A DNA stretch of 32,217 nt from Synergistaceae bacterium (lineage in GTDB: Bacteria > Synergistota > Synergistia > Synergistales > Aminobacteriaceae): the NCBI GenBank assembly GCA_031273365.1, contig JAISSA010000252.1, forward strand, positions 1 to 32,217, written 5' to 3'. A model generated the notes under the pieces. The model did no database searches. It was not told the origin of the DNA and worked only from the letters and a program-made list of their open reading frames with translations. Positions 25,047 through 32,217 of the stretch are shown in pieces (the first letter of the stretch is position 1; the number at the start of each line of letters is the position of its first letter). Position numbers and translations under genes: made by a program.

Positions 25047-25690
25047 TTGAATCGATGGGAACCGAACGGGGTTTTTTCATTACCATCGAGGGCATTGACG
25101 GCTGCGGAAAGAGTACGCAGGCGCAGCGGCTCTCTGCCCTTCTGGAAGAGACGGGGAAGGGCGTTTTACGCACCTTCGAGCCGGGTGGATGGAGGGGAGG
25201 AGCGTTGCTGCGAGAGCTTCTGCTCAGCGACGTCTCCATCGGAACACGGACGGAGCTGCTTCTGTTTCTGGCGGACCGCAGCGGACATCTGGAATCGGAG
25301 ATCCTGCCGGCGCTCGCCCGGGGGCAGCAGGTGATCTGTGAACGCTATACGGACTCGACGCTCGCCTATCAGTCGTGGGGACGCGGTCTGCCGTTTCAGG
25401 ACGTGGACGAACTTTTGAAATGGTGCCGATTCCCGCCTCCCGACCTGACCATCCTTCTGGACATCGACGCGGGGACGTCGCTGACGCGCCTGAAGGGCAG
25501 GGGCAGCCCGGATCGAATCGAGGCCGACGGAGAGGCATTCATGGCACGGGTGGCGGAGGGCTATCGGGAGCTGGCGAAGCGGTGTCCCGGGCGTATCGTC
25601 ACGGTGGACGCCCTGCGGGACGTCGAAGAGGTGACGGCGCAGATTTGGAAGTGCGTTGAAATGCGCAGGGGAACGATCGGAGAGCCGTGA
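25043..25690 (+). CDS. tmk: Thymidylate kinase
   Basis: Contains FITIEGIDGCGKSTQ (P-loop), TFEPGG, LLFLADR, DRYTDST-type (ERYTDSTLAYQ) and ILLDI. The ATG at 25043 overlaps the upstream stop (ATGA). Confidence 0.9.
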   Translation: MIESMGTERGFFITIEGIDGCGKSTQAQRLSALLEETGKGVLRTFEPGGWRGGALLRELLLSDVSIGTRTELLLFLADRSGHLESEILPALARGQQVICERYTDSTLAYQSWGRGLPFQDVDELLKWCRFPPPDLTILLDIDAGTSLTRLKGRGSPDRIEADGEAFMARVAEGYRELAKRCPGRIVTVDALRDVEEVTAQIWKCVEMRRGTIGEP

Positions 25691-26127
25691 AGGTCGGTCG
25701 GGGAACAGACGGAAAGGTGGAGCAGGGAAGCGGCGGCTCCGGTCAGCGGCATTCGGCCTCCCGGGCGCTTTCTTCGGTGAACTCGTTCGGGTCCTCCATG
25801 GACGACATCATGGAGGAAATGCAGGTGCGTTCCCTTCTGGAGCGCCTTGACGTCATCACGACAAAACTTTCGGTATTTCCGGCCGAGCGTCTGCTGCTGG
25901 AGTATAAATCCATTTTAAGGGAACTGCTGGTGCGGGCCATGAGAGGATTCAGCCTGCGGCGGGATCTGAAATGGCGTCGCACCGATCGCAGCACTTACGT
26001 GACGATCGAGAAGGCGGAGGCCGCCATGACCGAACTGGAAGACGTTTTTTCGAAGGAAAGCGACAGAACGCGCGCATTTCAACTGATGGAGGAAATAAAG
26101 GGATGTCTGATCTCTCTGTTGTTCTAG
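25687..26127 (+). CDS. yaaR: YaaR-like DUF327 family protein
   Basis: The C-terminal KWRRTDRSTYVTIEKAEAAMTELEDVFSKESDRTRAFQLMEEIKGCLISLLF matches the DUF327 pattern. It sits between tmk and holB, as yaaR does in Bacillus. The GTG start overlaps the tmk stop. Confidence 0.65.
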   Translation: MKVGRGTDGKVEQGSGGSGQRHSASRALSSVNSFGSSMDDIMEEMQVRSLLERLDVITTKLSVFPAERLLLEYKSILRELLVRAMRGFSLRRDLKWRRTDRSTYVTIEKAEAAMTELEDVFSKESDRTRAFQLMEEIKGCLISLLF

Positions 26128-26145
26128 ATCAGGTAAGCGTTCAAG

Positions 26146-26216
26146 CTCAGGGGGGCAGGGGGACGTGTCCCCTCGCCCGCTCAGCCCCGGGCTTCGGAGC
26201 CTGCCCCTTCCCTGAC
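26146..26216. repeat. GC-rich palindromic intergenic repeat, family C copy 2
   Basis: CTCAGGGGGGCAGGGGGACGTGTCCCCTCGCCCGCTCAGCCCCGGGCTTCGGAGCCTGCCCCTTCCCTGAC. Contains GGGGAC/GTCCCC pairing. Its first 35 nt parallel 770-808. Confidence 0.45.
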
Positions 26217-26293
26217 TTTTTCAATGGGAAGGGTACTGGCCCCCCTGAAACCCCCGATATCGCCCTGAATGGCTGTCCGGGCGAAAGGGTACG

Positions 26294-27112
26294 ATGAGGC
26301 CTGAACGGATGCCGGATCAGGAGCCTGTTCGGTCCTTCAGGGAGCTTTCCGCGTGGAAGGAAATCGAAAGAACCGTTCGGTCCCAGGATGTTCCGGCATG
26401 TCGGGCGATAAAGGCTCCGTCCGTCTGGCACGAAGAAATTCTGAGCGCCGTGGCGCATATGTACCTGTGCGACTCGGGCAGAGGCAATGACGGATGCGAC
26501 GGCTGCATGGGGTGGAGCGCCCCGGATGGAAACGCGCCCGTCCACCCGGACCTGATCGTGGCCGGAACCCCTGAAAAAGCGGCCGGCATCGACGCCTGCA
26601 GGGCGCTGGTTCGCGAACTGGCCCTTAAACCGGTGGCCGCGAAACGTCGCCTGGGCGTCGTTGCCGCGGCGGATAAATTACTGCCTTCCGCGGCGAACAG
26701 CCTGCTCAAAACGGCGGAAGAACCTCCTTCCCACGCCTGCCTTCTCTTCCTGATGGAGGGAGATGACCTGCTGCCCACGCTTCGCAGTCGTTCGCACTGT
26801 ACCGCCCTGGCGATCCCGCCCTCGACATTCACGCCCCTGTCCGCGAACCCCATGCCCGCGAACGACGCGGAATGGCTGCTCTGGCTCGAAAGAGGCGAGG
26901 GGAAGGATGACGTCGATATTCCCCTGCAGCTCTCCGGGTGGGTGTCGCACGCCATGCGGACAGGAGCCGGGCTGGAGATCGCGGCTCAAATGGAAAAACT
27001 GCGGCTGCTCGTCGAGCAAAAAAGGCTTTCTCGGAGCATGGTCTGCGATCTCTTAATTTTGACACTCAGGGAGGATCTTCCTTTTGAGCATATATTTGGC
27101 AATATTTGGTAA
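26294..27112 (+). CDS. holB: DNA polymerase III subunit delta' (short form)
   Basis: Contains LLPSAANSLLKTAEEPPSHACLLFL...LLPTLRSRS (sensor/SRC-type motif), the Cys cluster CDSGRGNDGCDGC, and no intact Walker A motif, as is common for delta'. The start is uncertain. Confidence 0.75.
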   Translation: MRPERMPDQEPVRSFRELSAWKEIERTVRSQDVPACRAIKAPSVWHEEILSAVAHMYLCDSGRGNDGCDGCMGWSAPDGNAPVHPDLIVAGTPEKAAGIDACRALVRELALKPVAAKRRLGVVAAADKLLPSAANSLLKTAEEPPSHACLLFLMEGDDLLPTLRSRSHCTALAIPPSTFTPLSANPMPANDAEWLLWLERGEGKDDVDIPLQLSGWVSHAMRTGAGLEIAAQMEKLRLLVEQKRLSRSMVCDLLILTLREDLPFEHIFGNIW

Positions 27113-28499
27113 ACCACGTTATCTCGGGCTTGTGGATATGTCCGATCCCCCGGATCCGAAAGCGGGTCAGTGGATCATGGTAAAAACGGTGAGAGGACTG
27201 GAGATGGGCCTGCTGGGCGGGGCGCTCTCTCAGGAACAGGAGGCGAAATACAGGGCCTCCTGCCTCGATGAACCGGGAGAAGAGCAGACGCGCGGTCCGG
27301 AGCCGATGTTGCAGGAGGTCGAGTTTGTGCAGTCGGTCGGAGAGGAGCAGATGCAGGAGTATCTCCTGCGTCATTCGGATGAAGAGGCGGTCCTCGTCCG
27401 TGCGCGTCAGCTCCTGAAGGTCCATCAGCTTCAAATGAAGCTGGTCGACGTCGAATACACGATGGATCGCAGGAAACTGTTTTTCTACTTCACCTCCGAA
27501 CAGCGGATCGACTTCAGGGCCTATGTCCGGGACCTCGCAAGGGAGTTTCGCATTCGCATCGAGATGCGTCAGATCGGCGTTCGGGACGAAGCCAGAACCG
27601 TCCGCGGAATCTCCCCCTGTGGCCGCCCCTGTTGCTGCAGTTACTGGCTGCATCGCTTCACCCCCATCAATATCCGCATGGTGAAGGAGCAGAATCTGGC
27701 GCTCAACCCCACGAAAATATCGGGCATCTGCGGCAGGCTCATGTGTTGCATGGCCTACGAGCACCTCACCTACAACAACCTGTGGAAATCTTTGCCCAGC
27801 CCGGGGTCCAAGATCAGAACGGCGCAGGGGAATTTCGTCCTCGAAGGGGTGGATCTTCAGTCGGAAACCGTACTGATTCGTTTTCCCGAGGGCAAAGAAG
27901 TTTCCGTCGCCATTGCGGAGTTCCCAAATTTCAGGGACGTCGTCATGAACGGCGGAACGTGGGAGAAGGACGTTCCGGAGGAACCGGCGCGTCGGTTGCT
28001 GACGCCCCGATTGCCGGGTTCCCTCAAAAGGACGCCGGGCTTTTCGGCAAGGCAGAGTTCTTCGACGGGTTCCGGTGAGGACGCCGCGAGGAGCAGCAGG
28101 TTCAAACCCGAAAAAATATCGCTCGAGGAACACATCGCGGAGAGAGTCGGCGGCCACCAGCCCGAACGCCGGTCCGCCCTGAGCGAGGTCGGGGAGGAAG
28201 GCGGCGCGGGAAAAAAAGGCCGAAAGCGGAAGGGCAGCAAGGGCCCTTCCGGAACCGGGCCCGAGCCTCCGGTTCGAGCGACCGGGCCGGGCCGGGGGAC
28301 GCAGCCGCTGCCTCTCCGCCCCCGGGAGGGACAGACCCCGGATGCGGCGCTCCCGCCCGGGACAGCGGGAGGCCGAAAAGGCGGCGAAAAGTACAGCGGC
28401 CCCCGCCGCCGCCCGCGGCGTTCTGCCGCAGGACAGAGCGCGGTTCAGGTCAACGATCCGCCGGGAAGGTCGCGGAACATGAATGAGGAGAACGTGTAA
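27084..28499 (+). CDS. ricT: PSP1-domain protein RicT/YaaT with a long disordered C-terminal tail
   Basis: TTG start 9 nt after GGGAGGA. PSP1 core: [65 protein letters not shown]. Residues from about 290 to 471 are R/G/P/S-rich. Confidence 0.8.
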   Translation: MSIYLAIFGKPRYLGLVDMSDPPDPKAGQWIMVKTVRGLEMGLLGGALSQEQEAKYRASCLDEPGEEQTRGPEPMLQEVEFVQSVGEEQMQEYLLRHSDEEAVLVRARQLLKVHQLQMKLVDVEYTMDRRKLFFYFTSEQRIDFRAYVRDLAREFRIRIEMRQIGVRDEARTVRGISPCGRPCCCSYWLHRFTPINIRMVKEQNLALNPTKISGICGRLMCCMAYEHLTYNNLWKSLPSPGSKIRTAQGNFVLEGVDLQSETVLIRFPEGKEVSVAIAEFPNFRDVVMNGGTWEKDVPEEPARRLLTPRLPGSLKRTPGFSARQSSSTGSGEDAARSSRFKPEKISLEEHIAERVGGHQPERRSALSEVGEEGGAGKKGRKRKGSKGPSGTGPEPPVRATGPGRGTQPLPLRPREGQTPDAALPPGTAGGRKGGEKYSGPRRRPRRSAAGQSAVQVNDPPGRSRNMNEENV

Positions 28500-29417
28500 A
28501 TGGCCTTTTTTGCGAAGCTGAAAGAAAGCCTCAGAGAGGTCAGGGAGCGATGGAGCGACGGCATCGCCTCGCTTTTTACGGGCGCGTCCTTCGATGACGC
28601 GTTCTGGAACGAACTCGAAGAAAAACTGATCCTCGGAGATGTGGGTCTGGACCTGTCCGAGAACATCGTCGCGGACCTGAAGCAGGCGGCCCGGAAGCAA
28701 AGCGGCGTCACCGGAGACGGCCTGAAGAAGATCTTCGTCTCCATGATGGCCGGACGGCTTTCCTCGATCGAGGGGATGGGACGGCCCTTCACGGTTGACG
28801 ATCCTCCGCTGGTCCTGCTGATGGTCGGGGTCAACGGCAGCGGGAAGACCACCTCCGCCGGGAAACTGGCCATGCAGTTTCTGCGCCAGGGCAAAAAGGT
28901 CGTGCTGGCCGCCGCGGATACCTTTCGGGCCGCCGCGGTGGACCAGTTGCAGGTGTGGGGAGAGCGCGCCGGCGTGAGAGTCGTGGCCCAGAAACAGGGC
29001 AGCGACCCCGCGGCCGTGGCGTTCGACGCCTGGCAGGCGACGCGGGCGTCAGGCGCGGACGTCCTGATCGTCGACACGGCGGGACGTCTGCACGCGAAAC
29101 ATAATTTAATGGAGGAGCTGCGGAAAATTTACAGAGTGCTCGAGCGCGAGGCGGGCCCGGAACACATACAGACCATTCTCGTTCTGGACGCGGTCATGGG
29201 GCAGAACGGCATGGCTCAGGCGACGACGTTCAATCGGATGCTGCCGCTGTCGGCTGTGATTCTTTCGAAATACGACAACACGGCGAAGGGGGGCATCGTG
29301 CTGTCCATCGCCGGCGACCTGAAAATCCCCATACGCTATATCGGCCTTGGGGAGGGAATCGAGGACCTGAGCCCCTTCGACCCCGAAGAATTCGTGTCGG
29401 CCCTTATGACGGAGTGA
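28500..29417 (+). CDS. ftsY: Signal recognition particle receptor FtsY (NG domain only)
   Basis: Contains [50 protein letters not shown] and [13 protein letters not shown]. Confidence 0.9.
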   Translation: MAFFAKLKESLREVRERWSDGIASLFTGASFDDAFWNELEEKLILGDVGLDLSENIVADLKQAARKQSGVTGDGLKKIFVSMMAGRLSSIEGMGRPFTVDDPPLVLLMVGVNGSGKTTSAGKLAMQFLRQGKKVVLAAADTFRAAAVDQLQVWGERAGVRVVAQKQGSDPAAVAFDAWQATRASGADVLIVDTAGRLHAKHNLMEELRKIYRVLEREAGPEHIQTILVLDAVMGQNGMAQATTFNRMLPLSAVILSKYDNTAKGGIVLSIAGDLKIPIRYIGLGEGIEDLSPFDPEEFVSALMTE

Positions 29418-30586
29418 TGAACGCAATGAATAAAATCTCAAAAAACGCTGACAGAGACTGGAGTAAGGGAAGATGGACCGCAACGGGCGGCAATCATGAT
29501 CGATCGCTGCGGTCCCTGACGTCGCAGTCGAGTTTGCTGGAGTTGCTGAGGGCTCTTTACGAAATGGTGCTGGATTATTGCGTGCTGCGGTTGTCCGGAG
29601 ATTCCGAGAAGCCCCTCGTATTCGCCAAGGACCAGTTGATTTCGCTGATCGAGCGCAACAGCCCCGAGACCGCCATAGCCGACCTGCCGGAGCTGGCCGC
29701 GCGCGGGTTTTTCAGGCCCGTAACCCTTCCGGATCCGGAGAACCTGCGGGTGCTGGTCGTCGGGGAAAATGGGGCAGACGTCTCGCCCATCCGCGAGGCC
29801 CTTGCGTATGGCCCTTCTCTGCCGGAATGGTGGGAAGCGCCTCTTCCTCTGGCGATCTGCTCCGAAAAAAAGTTACATTTCAACCCCGCGGCGATCCAGG
29901 TTTTCGGTCCGGAGGTGAAGCGCCTCGCCGCCTGCAACCTCCCTGACAGGGACGAATTTCTGGTGGAACTGGAGGGAGTTTCTGAACCCTGCCTTTTGGC
30001 GTTTCGTCGTCTTACGCAAAATGTTTTCACTCTGGAGGACAGCACGGGCGACGCCGCCCTTGCGGAGGACATCGCATGGTGGGCGTCCATCGGAAAGGCC
30101 TGGGCGGCCACGCTCGACGGAGAAAAACGCGCCTACCGCCGTTGTGCGGAATCGGAGGTCGAGAACCTGCGGGGGGAGAACATGGTGCTGCCCTGTGAAT
30201 GGGAGGGAAGGCTTCTGGGGTATTTCTGCGTCGAAAAACCTGAAACGAAGCCGCCTCGAGCGGCAAAGGCCAGGCGCGGCAGATATCTTCGAAAAGCGAA
30301 GAACGCCTCTGAAAAGGAATTGAAGGCCGGAAAAGAGGCTGGAAAGGAATCGAAGGCGTCGAGTGAGAAAAAACCGCCGCCCCGCCAGGAAAATGAGACG
30401 GAGCCGACAGAGGCGCAAAAAGCGGCTCCTGGGGAGGAAAGTCAGCCTTTGAGGGTCCTTGGACCCCAGGCGATGGGCCTTTTGGCTCCAGGCTCGGCCT
30501 TCGATTCTCTCGAAGTTCAGGCCGGCGGGGCAGCTGAGCCGAAACATACGGCAAGGGGCAGGAAGGTGACGAAAAACGATGCCTGA
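29417..30586 (+). CDS. Hypothetical protein (about 390 aa) with Lys/Glu-rich C-terminal third
   Basis: Its start overlaps the ftsY stop (TGATG); alternatives are GTG at 29414 and ATG at 29426. Its 3' end overlaps the DUF4416 start by 8 nt. I recognise no domain. Confidence 0.5.
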   Translation: MNAMNKISKNADRDWSKGRWTATGGNHDRSLRSLTSQSSLLELLRALYEMVLDYCVLRLSGDSEKPLVFAKDQLISLIERNSPETAIADLPELAARGFFRPVTLPDPENLRVLVVGENGADVSPIREALAYGPSLPEWWEAPLPLAICSEKKLHFNPAAIQVFGPEVKRLAACNLPDRDEFLVELEGVSEPCLLAFRRLTQNVFTLEDSTGDAALAEDIAWWASIGKAWAATLDGEKRAYRRCAESEVENLRGENMVLPCEWEGRLLGYFCVEKPETKPPRAAKARRGRYLRKAKNASEKELKAGKEAGKESKASSEKKPPPRQENETEPTEAQKAAPGEESQPLRVLGPQAMGLLAPGSAFDSLEVQAGGAAEPKHTARGRKVTKNDA

Positions 30587-31097
30587 ACCCCGCGTCAAGC
30601 TGATTGCGGGAATTCTGCATCCCGACGATAAATGGTTTGACTGGGCGCTGGAGGAGCTGAGGGCGCTCTGGGGGGCCCCGGAGATCCAGGGGCTGCCCGT
30701 GCCGTTCACGACGACGGATTACTACCGCGACATCGCTCCGCGGCTGTTTCGTCGATTCGTCTGTTTCCGTGGGCTTTTCCGCGCCGGCGAGCTGGCCGAC
30801 CGGAAGCGGGAATCCGGCCTCGTCGAGGCCCGAAGCCGGACGCCCCGGGCTGTCAACATCGATCCGGGGTATGTCGACGGCGCAAGGCTGGTTCTTGCCT
30901 CGACCAAGGACCACGCGCACCGTATTTATCTGCGCGACGGGATTTACGCCGAGGTGACGCTGCGCTACCGGTTCGGAAAATGGGTGTCGTTCGACTACAC
31001 CTTCCCCGATTTTGCCGGAGGCGCGTACGATGAGTTTTTGTCGGACGTGCGCAGAGCCTGGCGCAGGGAAAGCGCCGCGGAGAGGGCGCGCAAGTGA
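30579..31097 (+). CDS. DUF4416 family protein
   Basis: Contains VKLIAGIL, TDYY, VNIDPGYVDGARLVLASTKDHAHRIYLRDGIYAEVTLRY and YTFPDF. These match my recollection of the DUF4416 signature. Confidence 0.6.
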   Translation: MPEPRVKLIAGILHPDDKWFDWALEELRALWGAPEIQGLPVPFTTTDYYRDIAPRLFRRFVCFRGLFRAGELADRKRESGLVEARSRTPRAVNIDPGYVDGARLVLASTKDHAHRIYLRDGIYAEVTLRYRFGKWVSFDYTFPDFAGGAYDEFLSDVRRAWRRESAAERARK

Positions 31098-31172
31098 AGC
31101 GATAGTGAACTTTAATAGAAGTAAAATTTTAAAGAAGTGAACTTGAATATTTGCAGGCTTTAGTTATATAAA

Positions 31173-31226
31173 GGGGTCAGGGGACAAGTCCCCTGCGGGG
31201 TGGGGGGGCAGAGCCCCGCGGTCCTG
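31173..31226. repeat. Family A core repeat, copy 3 (no terminal inverted repeats)
   Basis: GGGGTCAGGGGACAAGTCCCCTGCGGGGTGGGGGGGCAGAGCCCCGCGGTCCTGGC. Near-identical to the cores at 12812-12873 and 16071-16117. Confidence 0.5.
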
Positions 31227-31291
31227 GCATTTTCTGACATACAATAATAAGGCAGAATTCCCAAATCGAATTTCTGAGGGAGGCAGGCACA

Positions 31292-32217
31292 ATGATAGAC
31301 CGTTATTCGACCGCGGAGGTGTCCGCGATATGGAGTGATGAAAATCGCTTTGCGGTGATGTTGCAGGTGGAACTCGCGGCCTGCAGGGCGTGGAGCGAAA
31401 AGGGACGGATTCCCGCGGAGGCGCTCGAGGACATTCTGAGCAGGGCCTCGTTTTCCGTATCCCGCATTCGGGAGATCGAGAGCTCCGTCCATCACGACGT
31501 CATCGCCTTCGTCTCCTCGGTGGCCGAGCATGTGGGGGAAAGTGGACGCTACATTCACGTCGGTCTTACGAGCAGCGACGTTCTCGATACCGCGTCCTCG
31601 ATCATGCTGCGGGAATCGCTGGCGCTCGTCAGAAGGGCGACGCTCGATCTCGACGCCGCCCTTGTGGAAAAGGCTCAAAAGTACAAGCATCTGCCCTGCG
31701 TCGGCCGCACCCACGGCATTCACGCCGAGCCGATAACGCTGGGGCTCAAGTTTCTGAACTGGCACGCCGAACTGGAACGGGACCTCGAGCGCATCGACCT
31801 CGCCGCCTCCCAGATCGCCTGCGGAAAAATATCCGGGGCGGTGGGCACCTACGCCCTCTGTCCTCCCGAGATCGAAACGCGGGTCTGCGAGCTTTTGGGC
31901 CTGACGCCCGCGCCCGTCTCCAATCAGATCCTGCAGCGCGACAGACACGCCGGCGTCATGAACGCCCTGGCGCTTCTGGGCTGCGGGCTCGAGCGCATGG
32001 CGACAGAAATTCGGCACCTCCAGCGCACCGAGGTCGGGGAGCTTTACGAACCCTTCGGCAGCGCTCAGAAGGGCTCGAGCGCCATGCCTCACAAGCGCAA
32101 TCCGATCAAAAGCGAACGCGTCTGCGGCCTGGCGCGCCTTCTGCGCGGCTGCGCCGTTGCCTCCATGGAGGATATAGCCCTCTGGCACGAGCGGGACATC
32201 AGCCATTCCTCGACGGA
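31292..32217 (+). CDS. purB: Adenylosuccinate lyase, 3'-truncated by the window edge
   Basis: Not in the ORF track because no stop falls within the window. ATG at 31292 after GAGGGAGG. My translation reads MIDRYSTAEVSAIWSDENRF...HHDVIAF...GLTSSDVLDT...GRTHGIHAEP...GKISGAVGT...QRDRH...GSSAMPHKRNP...WHERDISHS. Confidence 0.9.
   Translation, partial: MIDRYSTAEVSAIWSDENRFAVMLQVELAACRAWSEKGRIPAEALEDILSRASFSVSRIREIESSVHHDVIAFVSSVAEHVGESGRYIHVGLTSSDVLDTASSIMLRESLALVRRATLDLDAALVEKAQKYKHLPCVGRTHGIHAEPITLGLKFLNWHAELERDLERIDLAASQIACGKISGAVGTYALCPPEIETRVCELLGLTPAPVSNQILQRDRHAGVMNALALLGCGLERMATEIRHLQRTEVGELYEPFGSAQKGSSAMPHKRNPIKSERVCGLARLLRGCAVASMEDIALWHERDISHSST

Overview
GC-rich bacterial chromosomal segment with 29 CDS I can support. 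I found no rRNA, tRNA or CRISPR. Most of it is + strand housekeeping operons in a Firmicutes-like order. The first block is lepB-rbgA(ylqF)-rnhB-[FliK-C-like]-[FlhB-C-like, ylqH-type]-yraN-comM-dprA-[small orf]-topA-trmFO. The second block is prfB (programmed +1 frameshift)-S55 peptidase-tmk-yaaR(DUF327)-holB-ricT(yaaT)-ftsY-[orf]-DUF4416, followed by the 5' part of purB. The minus strand carries a BMP-family nucleoside-binding protein, a SHOCT/TM/SH3 protein, a 1207-aa TamB/AsmA-like envelope protein and a degenerate RmlA-like gene. The 5' end holds a zeta-toxin gene cut by the window edge and a visibly AT-rich RHH/ParE toxin-antitoxin cassette. Firmicute-like synteny plus a TamB-like gene plus high GC would fit a Synergistota-type diderm, but that is inference only. 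Five things look most unusual. (i) A related set of GC-rich hairpin repeats occupies nearly every larger intergenic spacer, including a MITE-like copy with perfect 21-bp terminal inverted repeats and a 72-nt tandem array between comM and dprA. (ii) An orphan FliK-C-like/FlhB-CC-like gene pair sits inside the rbgA-rnhB-yraN operon. (iii) An RmlA homologue has its catalytic signatures destroyed. (iv) TopA carries a 127-aa N-terminal Lys-rich pentapeptide-repeat extension. (v) Two uncharacterised genes are translationally coupled to ftsY. I do not see a clear-cut new multi-gene defence system. The many long antisense or alternative-frame ORFs in the track are high-GC artefacts.
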